Source: Deltaproteobacteria bacterium (GTDB taxonomy: Bacteria > UBA10199 > JACPAL01 > JACOUP01). From it: 64,000 nucleotides of DNA. The DNA lies in the NCBI GenBank assembly GCA_016177765.1, contig JACOUP010000008.1, forward strand, positions 836,864-900,863. The letters run 5' to 3'. The notes beneath the pieces are model-generated. The model made no database searches. It was given only the letters and a program-made list of their open reading frames with translations, and had not been told where the DNA came from. This document shows, in pieces, positions 48,716 through 57,473 of this stretch; within the stretch, counting starts at the first letter, position 1; the number at the start of each line of letters is the position of its first letter. Made by a program: the position numbers and the translations under genes.

Positions 48716-49921
48716 GTGCATATTATCCGCATGTGGATTGAGCGCTATTATGGATCCGTCTGCGAGAGGCTTGCCCGAGAATTCCCTGCCGTTTTATTGA
48801 CAGGGCCGCGGCAGGTGGGCAAGACGGCCCTATTGCGACATGACTACCCTCATTCTACCTATGTCAGTTTTGATCATCCCGCTGTGGCCCGGCAAGCCGA
48901 GTCAAATCCCAACGAGTTTTTTGCCTCTCTCAAGGAACCGGTCATCCTCGATGAAGTCCAGTACGTGCCGGAGATTTTTCGTCATCTGAAAGTGCTCATT
49001 GACCGAAACCGAAAGAACGGCCGATTCTTCCTGACCGGATCGCAAAGTTTTTCACTGATGGAAGGGGTCTCTGAAAGCTTAGCCGGCCGTTGCGGCATTG
49101 CCGAGATGCACTCCCTCTCCCTTGATGAAATCAGTCGCCATGACTCAAGTGTGTCTGATGCTCAATATATTATCCAAGGAGGCTTCCCAGAGCTCTACAA
49201 AGGTGGCATTGAGAACGTGAAGGATTGGTTTGGATCGTATCTGGCGACCTATTTAGAACGGGATGTCCGAAACGTCAGGAACGTTGGAGATCTGAGGGAT
49301 TTTGAAAGATTGTTGCGAGCCCTCGCTTCGAGAACGGCCCAGCTTCTTTCTTATTCAGATTTGGCACGTGACGTTGGCATCGCACCCAATACTGCAAAAC
49401 AGTGGATCTCCATCCTCAGAGCCTCAGGACAAATTTATCTTCTGGAACCTTACTTCGAAAGCCATGGGAAAAGGCTGATTAAATCACCCAAACTCTATCT
49501 GATGGACACGGGTCTCGCCTGTTATCTGACAGGGATTTCCTCTTGGGAAGATTTGATCCGTTCCCCATTAACCGGGGCGATCTGGGAGACGTTTATTGTT
49601 GGGGAGGTCGTTCGCTATTTTCTCGCTCGGGGCGAGAAATACCCGCTGTGGTTTTGGAGGACTGCCTATGGGGATGAGGTGGATTTGTTGATTGAACGGG
49701 GGGGGAGGTTCATTGCGATTGAAGCAAAATTTGCCGAATCACCGTCCGGAAGTGATTGGAAGGGAATCAAGGCCCTGAAAGATTTCTATGGTGAAAAACG
49801 TATTGAGAGGAGCTACCTGGCTTGTCGGACAAAACATCCCTACTTGAATTCCGATACGAACACAAAGGTGATTCCTGCCAGCTCGATCGGAAAAAGGAAG
49901 CTGGAAAAATCGAGGGAGTAA
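48716..49921 (+). CDS. AAA+ ATPase with DUF4143 C-terminal domain
   Basis: Walker A LLTGPRQVGKT, Walker B ILDEVQ, DUF4143-like C-terminal half. Confidence 0.8.
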   Translation: MHIIRMWIERYYGSVCERLAREFPAVLLTGPRQVGKTALLRHDYPHSTYVSFDHPAVARQAESNPNEFFASLKEPVILDEVQYVPEIFRHLKVLIDRNRKNGRFFLTGSQSFSLMEGVSESLAGRCGIAEMHSLSLDEISRHDSSVSDAQYIIQGGFPELYKGGIENVKDWFGSYLATYLERDVRNVRNVGDLRDFERLLRALASRTAQLLSYSDLARDVGIAPNTAKQWISILRASGQIYLLEPYFESHGKRLIKSPKLYLMDTGLACYLTGISSWEDLIRSPLTGAIWETFIVGEVVRYFLARGEKYPLWFWRTAYGDEVDLLIERGGRFIAIEAKFAESPSGSDWKGIKALKDFYGEKRIERSYLACRTKHPYLNSDTNTKVIPASSIGKRKLEKSRE

Positions 49922-49976
49922 GGGGCCATTTTTCCTCTACATGGTTTTTAAACAATGAAGGTCAAGATCTGCGGGA

Positions 49977-50978
49977 TCAAAAAAGTTTCAGAAGAAGGTA
50001 AGTCAGAGAGGCGACCATTCCTGCCGCCGGGATCGTGAGGAGCCAGGCGAGGAGGATCGAATTAACCACCCCCCACCGGACGGCGGAGAGCCTCCGGGTC
50101 GAACCGACCCCCATAATAGCGCCGGTGATGGTGTGAGTGGTGCTGACCGGGATCCCGGCGAAGGTCGCCATAAAGAGTGTTGTGGCGGCCGCTGTTTCCG
50201 CCGCAAAACCGCCGACCGGCTGTAGTTTGGTAATCTTCATCCCCATGGTTTTCACAATCCGCCACCCCCCGAACATGGTCCCCATCGCAATAGCAAGGTG
50301 GCACAGAAAAATCACCCAGAGTGGGACGTAAAATTCGCTCCCCAGATGCCCGGTGGAAAAAAGGAGGATGGCAATAATCCCCATCGTCTTCTGGGCATCG
50401 TTGCCGCCATGCCCGAGGCTGTAAAGGCTGGCGGAGAGGAGTTGCAGGCGCCGGAAGTATTTATCCACACGGGAGGGGGCGGAGCGGTAGAAAAGCCAGT
50501 TTACCAGTGTCATCACGATGAATCCGAGCAGAAGTCCCATCAACGGTGAGACAAGGATGAAGATGCAGATCTTGATCAGGCCGCTGGCGATCAGCGAACC
50601 AATCCCGGCCTTGGTGATGGCGGCGCCGACAAAACCGCCGACGAGGGCGTGGGAGCTGGAAGTAGGCAGTCCCCACCACCAGGTCAAAAGGTCCCAGACG
50701 ATCGCCCCGATCAATCCCGCAAAGATCACCGAGATGCTCATGACGGTGGGATCGACGATCCCCTTGCCGATCGTGGTGGCGACATGGACCTTGAAGACGA
50801 AAAGGGCGGCAAAATTAAAAAAGGCGGCCCAGGCAACGGCCGATCTCGGGGAAAGGACTCGCGTGGAGACAATCGTCGCCACGGAATTGGCGGCGTCGTG
50901 AAAACCGTTGATGAAGTCAAAGCCCAAGGCAACAACAATGACAAGGATGATAATCAGGAGTGAATGGGACTCAAGCAT
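49977..50978 (-). CDS. inorganic phosphate transporter, PiT family
   Basis: GFHDAANSVAT signature, repeated in the C-terminal half (GNDAQKTMG). Start assigned to MLESHSLL. Confidence 0.85.
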   Translation of the reverse strand: MLESHSLLIIILVIVVALGFDFINGFHDAANSVATIVSTRVLSPRSAVAWAAFFNFAALFVFKVHVATTIGKGIVDPTVMSISVIFAGLIGAIVWDLLTWWWGLPTSSSHALVGGFVGAAITKAGIGSLIASGLIKICIFILVSPLMGLLLGFIVMTLVNWLFYRSAPSRVDKYFRRLQLLSASLYSLGHGGNDAQKTMGIIAILLFSTGHLGSEFYVPLWVIFLCHLAIAMGTMFGGWRIVKTMGMKITKLQPVGGFAAETAAATTLFMATFAGIPVSTTHTITGAIMGVGSTRRLSAVRWGVVNSILLAWLLTIPAAGMVASLTYLLLKLF

Positions 50979-51591
50979 TCTTGAGGACGATTCCTTCAAG
51001 GACGTTCGCGACATCCTCACAACAGTCGGCGGCGCTTTCCAACGTTTCCAGGACCTCCTTTTCCTTGATCACCCTGATCGGGTCTTTTTCCTTCTCAAAG
51101 AGGTTGGAGATCGCAATCCGCATCGCCTCATCCGCTTCGTTTTCCAACCGGTTGATCTCGATGCATTGGGCCAGGATCATCTCCGGTTTCTTCATGTTTC
51201 GGAGGCGCAAGACCGCCTTGGCGACCTCTTCAACCGCTCTGACCAAGATCCGGACCACCTTTTTCATATCCTCCCCCGGTGTCGAGACCTTATAAAGGAC
51301 CATCCGGTTGGCGGCGCCGTAGATCAGGTCGAGGATATCATCCAGCTCACTGATCAACGCATGGATATCTTCCCGGTCAATCGGGGTGATGAAGGTCTTG
51401 TTGAGCATTTCAATCGTGTCGTGGGTAATCTGATCCCCCGCATGCTCCGCATCTTCTAATTTCTTTAATTTTTCAGGCAGGCGGGTGTAATCGGAAACAA
51501 AATCGGCCAGGAGACGCGCCCCGTGGATGCTGTTGTTAGCCGCCTTTTCGAAGAGGTCAAAAAAGGCGGTTGATTTGGGGAAGAGTGACAT
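50971..51591 (-). CDS. DUF47/TIGR00153 family phosphate-transport regulator-like protein
   Basis: PhoU-like helical protein immediately upstream of the PiT gene, a conserved pairing. Confidence 0.75.
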   Translation of the reverse strand: MSLFPKSTAFFDLFEKAANNSIHGARLLADFVSDYTRLPEKLKKLEDAEHAGDQITHDTIEMLNKTFITPIDREDIHALISELDDILDLIYGAANRMVLYKVSTPGEDMKKVVRILVRAVEEVAKAVLRLRNMKKPEMILAQCIEINRLENEADEAMRIAISNLFEKEKDPIRVIKEKEVLETLESAADCCEDVANVLEGIVLKNA

Positions 51592-51704
51592 GGAATTACC
51601 CCTATAATGATCGCACCTGCCCTCGTCAATGATCTTCTTCTGTTGCTTATCATCCTTCTTTTTTCTTTACGATTCATTCATCCTAACGTAAGGAGGAACA
51701 GACG

Positions 51705-52892
51705 ATGAAGACAATGCTGATCCGGTGGAGTTTGATGATCTGGTTGCTCCTCTTGGCCGTTCCCCCGCTCCATGCCGAAGAGACGGAGGGGACAAAAGAG
51801 GTGTCATCGAAGGTTGAGTATAAGGTTGGCGAGGGTTTGCAAGTCACTTCAGCCGATGGATCCCGACAGATCAATTTTCAGGAACGGGTCCAGGGGCGGT
51901 TTACCTACAATGCCTTGGACGCCGTGGCGGATACGGAGACCTTCGCGATCCAACGGGGCAAGATTCGGGTCTTTGGGTTTGTCTTTGAAAAAAGGCTCCA
52001 GTTTGGTCTCCAGATAAACCTGGCCACTCGGAACGCCGCAACCACCACAGCGGTCTGTCTGGATGCCGGCTGTACCAAGACCGCCAATGCGGTCACTGCG
52101 GAGGGTACGACCGGCCTGGCGACCCTCGAGGATTTTTTTATCGATTGGGTACCGACCGAGACCCTTGGCATCAAGTTTGGCCAGTTTGATGTTCCTTTCC
52201 TGATCCAGCAGTTGACCTCTGATGGCAAACAGCAGTTTGTGGATCGATCCCTCGCCACCGATTTTTTCAACTTCGGCAGGGATATCGGGATCTCCCTGCA
52301 TGGAAACCTCTCCGATCATTTCGGTTATGCCATCTTTGTGGTCAATGGTGAAGGGGTGAACAATCTGAACCGAAACAAGGCGGTGCTGACAGGGCTCCGT
52401 CTGGAATTCCCAATTCTTGGCAAATATTCTTATTCGGAATCGGATAGCGATGATTCTGACAAACCGAATCTGGGGGCCGGTCTCGCCTATGCCTTCAACA
52501 AATCGGCCAATGCGACACAAGGAGGGACGATTGCCGCCGGGACCAAGGCCTCCCATGCGACGATCGATTTGGGGTACAAACATAAAGGATGGTCTTTTCA
52601 GGGGGCAGGGATGTTGACCCGGACCCATGAGACGGCCGCCTTTACCAATTGGGGGTACAACGGGCAGGCCGGCTGGTTTGTGATCCCCAAAAAGTTCGAG
52701 GTTGTGGGTAAGGCCGGCGGCACCATTTTTTCAGGCGCCGTCCCTAACCAGTATGAGTATGCCTCGGGGTTTAATTATTTTATCAAAGGACATCCAATCA
52801 AGTTGCAAACCGATTACACTTTTCTTATCAATAACCGCGGGCAAGACCTCAAGGACCACCGCATTCGAACACAAATGCAGGTGACATTCTAA
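51705..52892 (+). CDS. outer-membrane porin, probably phosphate-selective (OprO/OprP-like)
   Basis: Signal peptide, beta-strand alternation, C-terminal ...QMQVTF. Located in the phosphate gene neighbourhood. Confidence 0.6.
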   Translation: MKTMLIRWSLMIWLLLLAVPPLHAEETEGTKEVSSKVEYKVGEGLQVTSADGSRQINFQERVQGRFTYNALDAVADTETFAIQRGKIRVFGFVFEKRLQFGLQINLATRNAATTTAVCLDAGCTKTANAVTAEGTTGLATLEDFFIDWVPTETLGIKFGQFDVPFLIQQLTSDGKQQFVDRSLATDFFNFGRDIGISLHGNLSDHFGYAIFVVNGEGVNNLNRNKAVLTGLRLEFPILGKYSYSESDSDDSDKPNLGAGLAYAFNKSANATQGGTIAAGTKASHATIDLGYKHKGWSFQGAGMLTRTHETAAFTNWGYNGQAGWFVIPKKFEVVGKAGGTIFSGAVPNQYEYASGFNYFIKGHPIKLQTDYTFLINNRGQDLKDHRIRTQMQVTF

Positions 52893-52908
52893 AGGACGGT
52901 TCACCCCA

Positions 52909-54492
52909 ATGAAACGTTGGTTTATCAATTTTTTCCTCCTCTTTTTCCTTCCTTCTTTGGTTTTTGCCTCACCCAAGGGTGATTCACCCAAGAGGGTCAT
53001 GGTTGTCGTCCTCGACCAGATGCGGCCGGATTATATTGAGACCTACAACCTGACGAACCTTAAAAAATTGCGAGACAATTCTCTCTCTTTCAAAAATGCC
53101 AACGTTGGCCATTTTCCCACGAATACCGTTATGAGCCATCCGGTGATCGGGACCGGGCTCTTTCCCAAGCATTACGGCTGGAGCGATGAACTGTATGAGG
53201 ACCGGGAGGGGTGGTTCGGTCCGAAGGGGGAGCGCTCGATTACCGCCGATTTTGGTCTGAAGCAGTTTCGAAAAATTTATCAAAAAAATCTCCCCCGTCC
53301 GACCGCGCTGTCTCTTTTGAAGGAAAAGTTGGGGGGGGAGGTGATTGCGATCGGTCAGAAAGATTACGCCGCGATCACGATGGGGGGATTGGATGCCGAC
53401 CGGGTCATTGTCCCTTCGGGTAAAATCAAGAAGGGAAAATGGAAGGGGTGGCGTCGGCCGGACGGACTGAACGTTCCATCCTATATTGCCAAACCGGTGG
53501 GGGGCCGGTTCTGGCTCGATTGCCGGGATGATTATGGGACGAAGGGGAGTCTCTACCCGTTGGATGGGAACCGCTATGTTCCGGGGGAGGATCCGGAGCA
53601 TTGGGGAGGGGATTTTTGGACGACCGATGTTGCCCTTGCCGTCATTGAAAAAAATCCGGAGTGGCGTGTCCTGTTGGTGACTCTGGGGGGGGTCGACAAG
53701 ATCGGTCATCTCTTTGGAGAGATGGATAACCCGGCGCAACAAAAGGCCACGGCCGATTTCCCCTACAATTTTCGTCGTGTTTTGAAAATTGCGGATGAAC
53801 AGGTGGGGCGTCTGGTGGCTGATCTGAAAAAAAGGGGGCTCTGGGAGAAGACCATTTTCATTGTGACGGCTGACCATGGCGGTCTTTCCTCCGCCAAACA
53901 TTTTTATGGCGAACGACAAAGGCCAGGACACGATGGCCACGACAATTTTTACTACGGTCCTTTTCAACGGAGTCGTGACTACAAGCCGTCTGTTTTAGCC
54001 CGGAAGTGGCTTGATGGCCGCGTCGAGAACGCCCTTCTTTCAACCGCCAACCGGATCTGGTTGAATGAAGAGGCCAAGAGGGATGTCCCGGCACAATGTC
54101 GTCATTTCAGTCAAATGCCGGCGGCTATCGCTGTTTATAGAAAAAACGGGGAAGGGGACTCTTACTTTTATGAACGTTGTTCTCCTTACCGTGGTCCCCA
54201 TCTCCCTCCTTTTTTGGATCCAGTCACCCTTCTGAATACCTCCGCCTCCGGGCAGGCGCCGGATCTTGTCGTTCAACTGGCGGACGATTCCGGTTATGCC
54301 CTCTTGGGGGATCATGGCGGTTTTCAGGAAAAGTCGATGCGGATCCCGTTTTTCCTCCATACACCGGGGATTCAACCGGCCATGAGTCATTGCCCGATCC
54401 GGTTGGTCGATCTCCTCCCCATCGTCATGACCCAAGTCGGGGTGAAGCCCCCTTCCTGGATGGATGGGAATACCGACTGCTTAAAACCATGA
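52909..54492 (+). CDS. alkaline phosphatase superfamily protein (type I phosphodiesterase/nucleotide pyrophosphatase-like)
   Basis: VLDQMRPDY near the N-terminus and a TADHGG metal-ligand motif. Signal peptide followed by the SPKGDSPK repeat insertion. Confidence 0.7.
   Translation: MKRWFINFFLLFFLPSLVFASPKGDSPKRVMVVVLDQMRPDYIETYNLTNLKKLRDNSLSFKNANVGHFPTNTVMSHPVIGTGLFPKHYGWSDELYEDREGWFGPKGERSITADFGLKQFRKIYQKNLPRPTALSLLKEKLGGEVIAIGQKDYAAITMGGLDADRVIVPSGKIKKGKWKGWRRPDGLNVPSYIAKPVGGRFWLDCRDDYGTKGSLYPLDGNRYVPGEDPEHWGGDFWTTDVALAVIEKNPEWRVLLVTLGGVDKIGHLFGEMDNPAQQKATADFPYNFRRVLKIADEQVGRLVADLKKRGLWEKTIFIVTADHGGLSSAKHFYGERQRPGHDGHDNFYYGPFQRSRDYKPSVLARKWLDGRVENALLSTANRIWLNEEAKRDVPAQCRHFSQMPAAIAVYRKNGEGDSYFYERCSPYRGPHLPPFLDPVTLLNTSASGQAPDLVVQLADDSGYALLGDHGGFQEKSMRIPFFLHTPGIQPAMSHCPIRLVDLLPIVMTQVGVKPPSWMDGNTDCLKP
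52968..52994. repeat. Two 15-nt mini-repeat units (reverse orientation; includes the exact reverse complement of GGGTGAATCACCCTT) in-frame in the alkaline-phosphatase-family gene
   Basis: Direct reading. Encodes SPKGDSPK immediately after the signal peptide. Confidence 0.7.
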
Positions 54493-55538
54493 AAAAGTGC
54501 CTCCTATTTTTTAGTTTCCTGTTTCTATCTTCCTCTTTTGCCCAAGAGAGTCGTCCAACCAGCGGGGCCAAGGCGTTTCTGCCCGATATCAGCCTGATCG
54601 GTTCCTTTGCGGGGGCTTATTTTAAGGAAGATCCCACAGGCGATCAGGGGGAGAATCCGTCACGGACCGGTTTTAATCTGCAAGGGATGGAGCTGGCCTT
54701 GCAGTCGGTCATCGACCCTTATGTGAGAGGGGATATTTTTATCCTTTTCAAAGAAGACGCGGTGGAGGTGGAAGAGGCGACGGTGACAACGCTTGCGCTT
54801 CCTTGGAACCTTCAGCTCCGTGCCGGGAAACTACTGGCAAAATTCGGACGGGAAAATACAAGACATCTGGAACAACTCAACTTTGTCGACCAGTCGTTTA
54901 CCAACCGGTATTTCTTCGGGACGGAAGGGTTCCGCGAATTGGGGGCTGAGATCTCACTCCTCTTTCCGGCCCCCTGGTTCTCGGAACTGACCTTTGAATT
55001 TCTTCAAGGGGAAAACAAGGGGAACTTCGACGGCCTCCGCAAGAGGGATTTTGCCTACTTGGGCCACTGGACCAACGGTTTTGACCTGACGGATGATCTG
55101 GCTTTGCAATCGGGGTTTTCCGCGGCCTTTGGTTTTAATGACACAGCCCAGGGTAAGTTGACCCAGATCTACGGGGCGGACCTCTACCTTCGCTGGAAAC
55201 CATCCAACCAGAGCGGCTTGAAATGGCAAACGGAGTATTTCCTCCGCCGGAGAAATGAGGTCCCTCAGGTTACAGTTGAAGGGGGGCTTTATTCCTCTCT
55301 CGTTTTACGGTTCGCCCGACGGTGGGAAAGCGGCGTCCGTTTTGATTTCATTGGTCTTCCCAAGGAGGATTTTCGGAGACGGGCCTATGCCACTGATCTC
55401 ACTTTTTTGGCCTCCGAATTCTTCAGACTCCGAGCCCAGTACAATCTTGTGGTGACCGGTGGCACGGACAAACTGGGGCATGAGGCGTTTTTACAACTGC
55501 AATTTAACATGGGGCCGCATGGAGCGCATGCATTTTGA
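54489..55538 (+). CDS. outer-membrane beta-barrel protein (porin-like)
   Basis: Start MKKCLLFFSF (ATGA overlap with the upstream gene). Signal peptide, amphipathic beta pattern, C-terminal ...HAF. Confidence 0.5.
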   Translation: MKKCLLFFSFLFLSSSFAQESRPTSGAKAFLPDISLIGSFAGAYFKEDPTGDQGENPSRTGFNLQGMELALQSVIDPYVRGDIFILFKEDAVEVEEATVTTLALPWNLQLRAGKLLAKFGRENTRHLEQLNFVDQSFTNRYFFGTEGFRELGAEISLLFPAPWFSELTFEFLQGENKGNFDGLRKRDFAYLGHWTNGFDLTDDLALQSGFSAAFGFNDTAQGKLTQIYGADLYLRWKPSNQSGLKWQTEYFLRRRNEVPQVTVEGGLYSSLVLRFARRWESGVRFDFIGLPKEDFRRRAYATDLTFLASEFFRLRAQYNLVVTGGTDKLGHEAFLQLQFNMGPHGAHAF

Positions 55539-55541
55539 TAA

Positions 55542-56435
55542 ATGAAAAAATTACTTATTTTATTCTTAGTGACTATTTCCCCTTTATCAGCAATCGCCAA
55601 ACTGAATATCGTAACGACAACGCCGGACTTGGCGGCACTCGCAAAAGAAGTCGGGGGAGATCGGGTTGCCGTGATCAGTCTCGCCCGAGGGGATCAAGAC
55701 CCACACTATCTGGAACCAAAACCAAGTTATGCTGTTAAACTGAATAGGGCCGACCTTCTGATTGCGGTCGGTCTCGATCTGGAAATCGGTTGGCTGCCGG
55801 TCCTTTTAACCCAGTCGCGTAATCCCAAAATCCAACCGGGCAGTCCGGGTTATCTGGAACCGACCTCCGGCGTCCGTATTTTGGAAATACCGCATGGCCC
55901 GATTGATCGCTCGCAAGGGGATGTCCACCCGTTGGGGAATCCCCATTACTGGCTCGATCCCCGGAACGGCCTGGTTATCGCCTCCCAGATCGCCTCCCGC
56001 CTGAAGGAGATCGATCCGGAGGGGGATTATGCCGCGCGTTTTTTCGATTTTGAAAAAAGGTTGAAGGCCCGAATAGCGGTATGGGAAAAGGAAACCGCCC
56101 CTCTTCGGGGGAAGAGAATTGTGACCCACCATAAGAGTTTTTCCTATTTTGTCGATTGGGTCGGTCTTCAGGTTGCCGGTCTTGTGGAGCCGAAGCCGGG
56201 GATCCCGCCTCCCCCTTCCCATCTTTTGAAACTGATCAATCAGGTCCGGCAGGAAAATATTTCCCTTTTGGTCACGGAAAATTATTATGATCCGAAACCG
56301 TCCCGTGAAATCGGCCAAAAGACCGGTGCGAAGGTCCTCATCCTTCCTACCTCGGTGGGGGGAGAGGCGGGGGTTGGGACCTATGAGGCGCTTTTTGACC
56401 GTCTGATCCGGAAACTCAAGGAGGGGCTCCCATGA
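55542..56435 (+). CDS. znuA: metal ABC transporter substrate-binding protein (ZnuA/TroA-like)
   Basis: Cluster A-I SBP features (LNIVTTTPDLAALAKEVGGD, His/Asp metal ligands). Confidence 0.8.
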   Translation: MKKLLILFLVTISPLSAIAKLNIVTTTPDLAALAKEVGGDRVAVISLARGDQDPHYLEPKPSYAVKLNRADLLIAVGLDLEIGWLPVLLTQSRNPKIQPGSPGYLEPTSGVRILEIPHGPIDRSQGDVHPLGNPHYWLDPRNGLVIASQIASRLKEIDPEGDYAARFFDFEKRLKARIAVWEKETAPLRGKRIVTHHKSFSYFVDWVGLQVAGLVEPKPGIPPPPSHLLKLINQVRQENISLLVTENYYDPKPSREIGQKTGAKVLILPTSVGGEAGVGTYEALFDRLIRKLKEGLP

Positions 56436-57250
56436 CCGCGGTTGAATTTCTGCTCCCCTCTTTTATCGCCTGCCTCATCCTGACCGGCATCCATGCCTAC
56501 CTCGGCATCCATGTAATCAGCCGGGGGGTTATTTTTATTGATATCGCCCTGGCGCAGATTGCCGCTTTGGGAATGACGGTCGCCCTCCTGTTCGGTTTTG
56601 CCCCGGAGAGTCAGATAGCCTACGGGATCGGTCTTGTCTTTACCTTTGCCGCCTCCCTCTTTTTTGCCTTTTTTCGGGAAAAACGGATCCCGCAGGAGGC
56701 GGTGATCGGTGTTGCCTTTGCGGTCAGTTCGGCACTGGCACTTTTGGTCGCCGATCGACTTCCCCACGGTTCAGAGCATTTAAAATTCATCCTGACCGGG
56801 AATATCCTCTGGGTTGGTTGGCACCAGATTGCGAAGACGGCGGTGATCTACGCGGCGCTCGGATTTTTGCATTACCGGTTCCGCCGGTCCTTCTTGCTGG
56901 TTTCCACCGATCCGGAGGAGGCCCAAAGAAAGGGACTCCGGCTCTGGTTCTGGGACCTCCTCTTTTATCTCTCCTTTGGTTTGGTCATTACCAGTTCGGT
57001 CCAGATCGGCGGGATTCTGCTCGTCTTCTCCTTTTTGATCGTACCGGCCCTGATCGGCTTTCTCTTTTATCCGGACCTGCGTCGGAGACTTTTGCTCGGC
57101 TGGTTGGTGGGTGGACTGACAAGCCTTGCCGGGATCACCACTTCCTATCTGGCTGACTGGCCCACGGGCGCCGTGATTGTCGCCTTTTTTGGCCTTTCGC
57201 TCTTTTTGGGGATCACGGTCCGTCGTCTCCAACGCGGTCCAGTCGCATAA
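56432..57250 (+). CDS. znuB: metal ABC transporter permease (ZnuB-like)
   Basis: ZnuB-type permease with 8 TM helices; translationally coupled to znuA. Confidence 0.8.
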   Translation: MTAVEFLLPSFIACLILTGIHAYLGIHVISRGVIFIDIALAQIAALGMTVALLFGFAPESQIAYGIGLVFTFAASLFFAFFREKRIPQEAVIGVAFAVSSALALLVADRLPHGSEHLKFILTGNILWVGWHQIAKTAVIYAALGFLHYRFRRSFLLVSTDPEEAQRKGLRLWFWDLLFYLSFGLVITSSVQIGGILLVFSFLIVPALIGFLFYPDLRRRLLLGWLVGGLTSLAGITTSYLADWPTGAVIVAFFGLSLFLGITVRRLQRGPVA

Positions 57251-57473
57251 TACCGGGTTTCATTCAACCCGGGTGGGGCAAAAAAAACCTGTCTGTTAAA
57301 AGTCTTGCAGGACCTCCAAATCCTTTTAATCGGGCTGTGGGGGAGTCAGAAAAACCCCACCTTCTTAATTTCCATTTTTTGATTCCTCAATAAAATCAAG
57401 ACTCGAAAGGGGTGGCACCCGATATGCAGCCCATCCATGGGGAAGGGGTGCGGTTGATTCATGGGGGGTCGGC

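Noticed and set aside
51592-51704. Possible Pho box upstream of the porin (ctgttgcttatcatcc)
   Set aside because: Only a partial resemblance to the CTGTCAT-N4-CTGTCAT consensus by eye. Not strong enough to call without a matrix scan.
57251-57300. Hairpin ccgggtt-tcattc-aacccgg after znuB as a terminator
   Set aside because: A stem is present but not followed by a T-run on either strand, so it is at best a weak attenuator.
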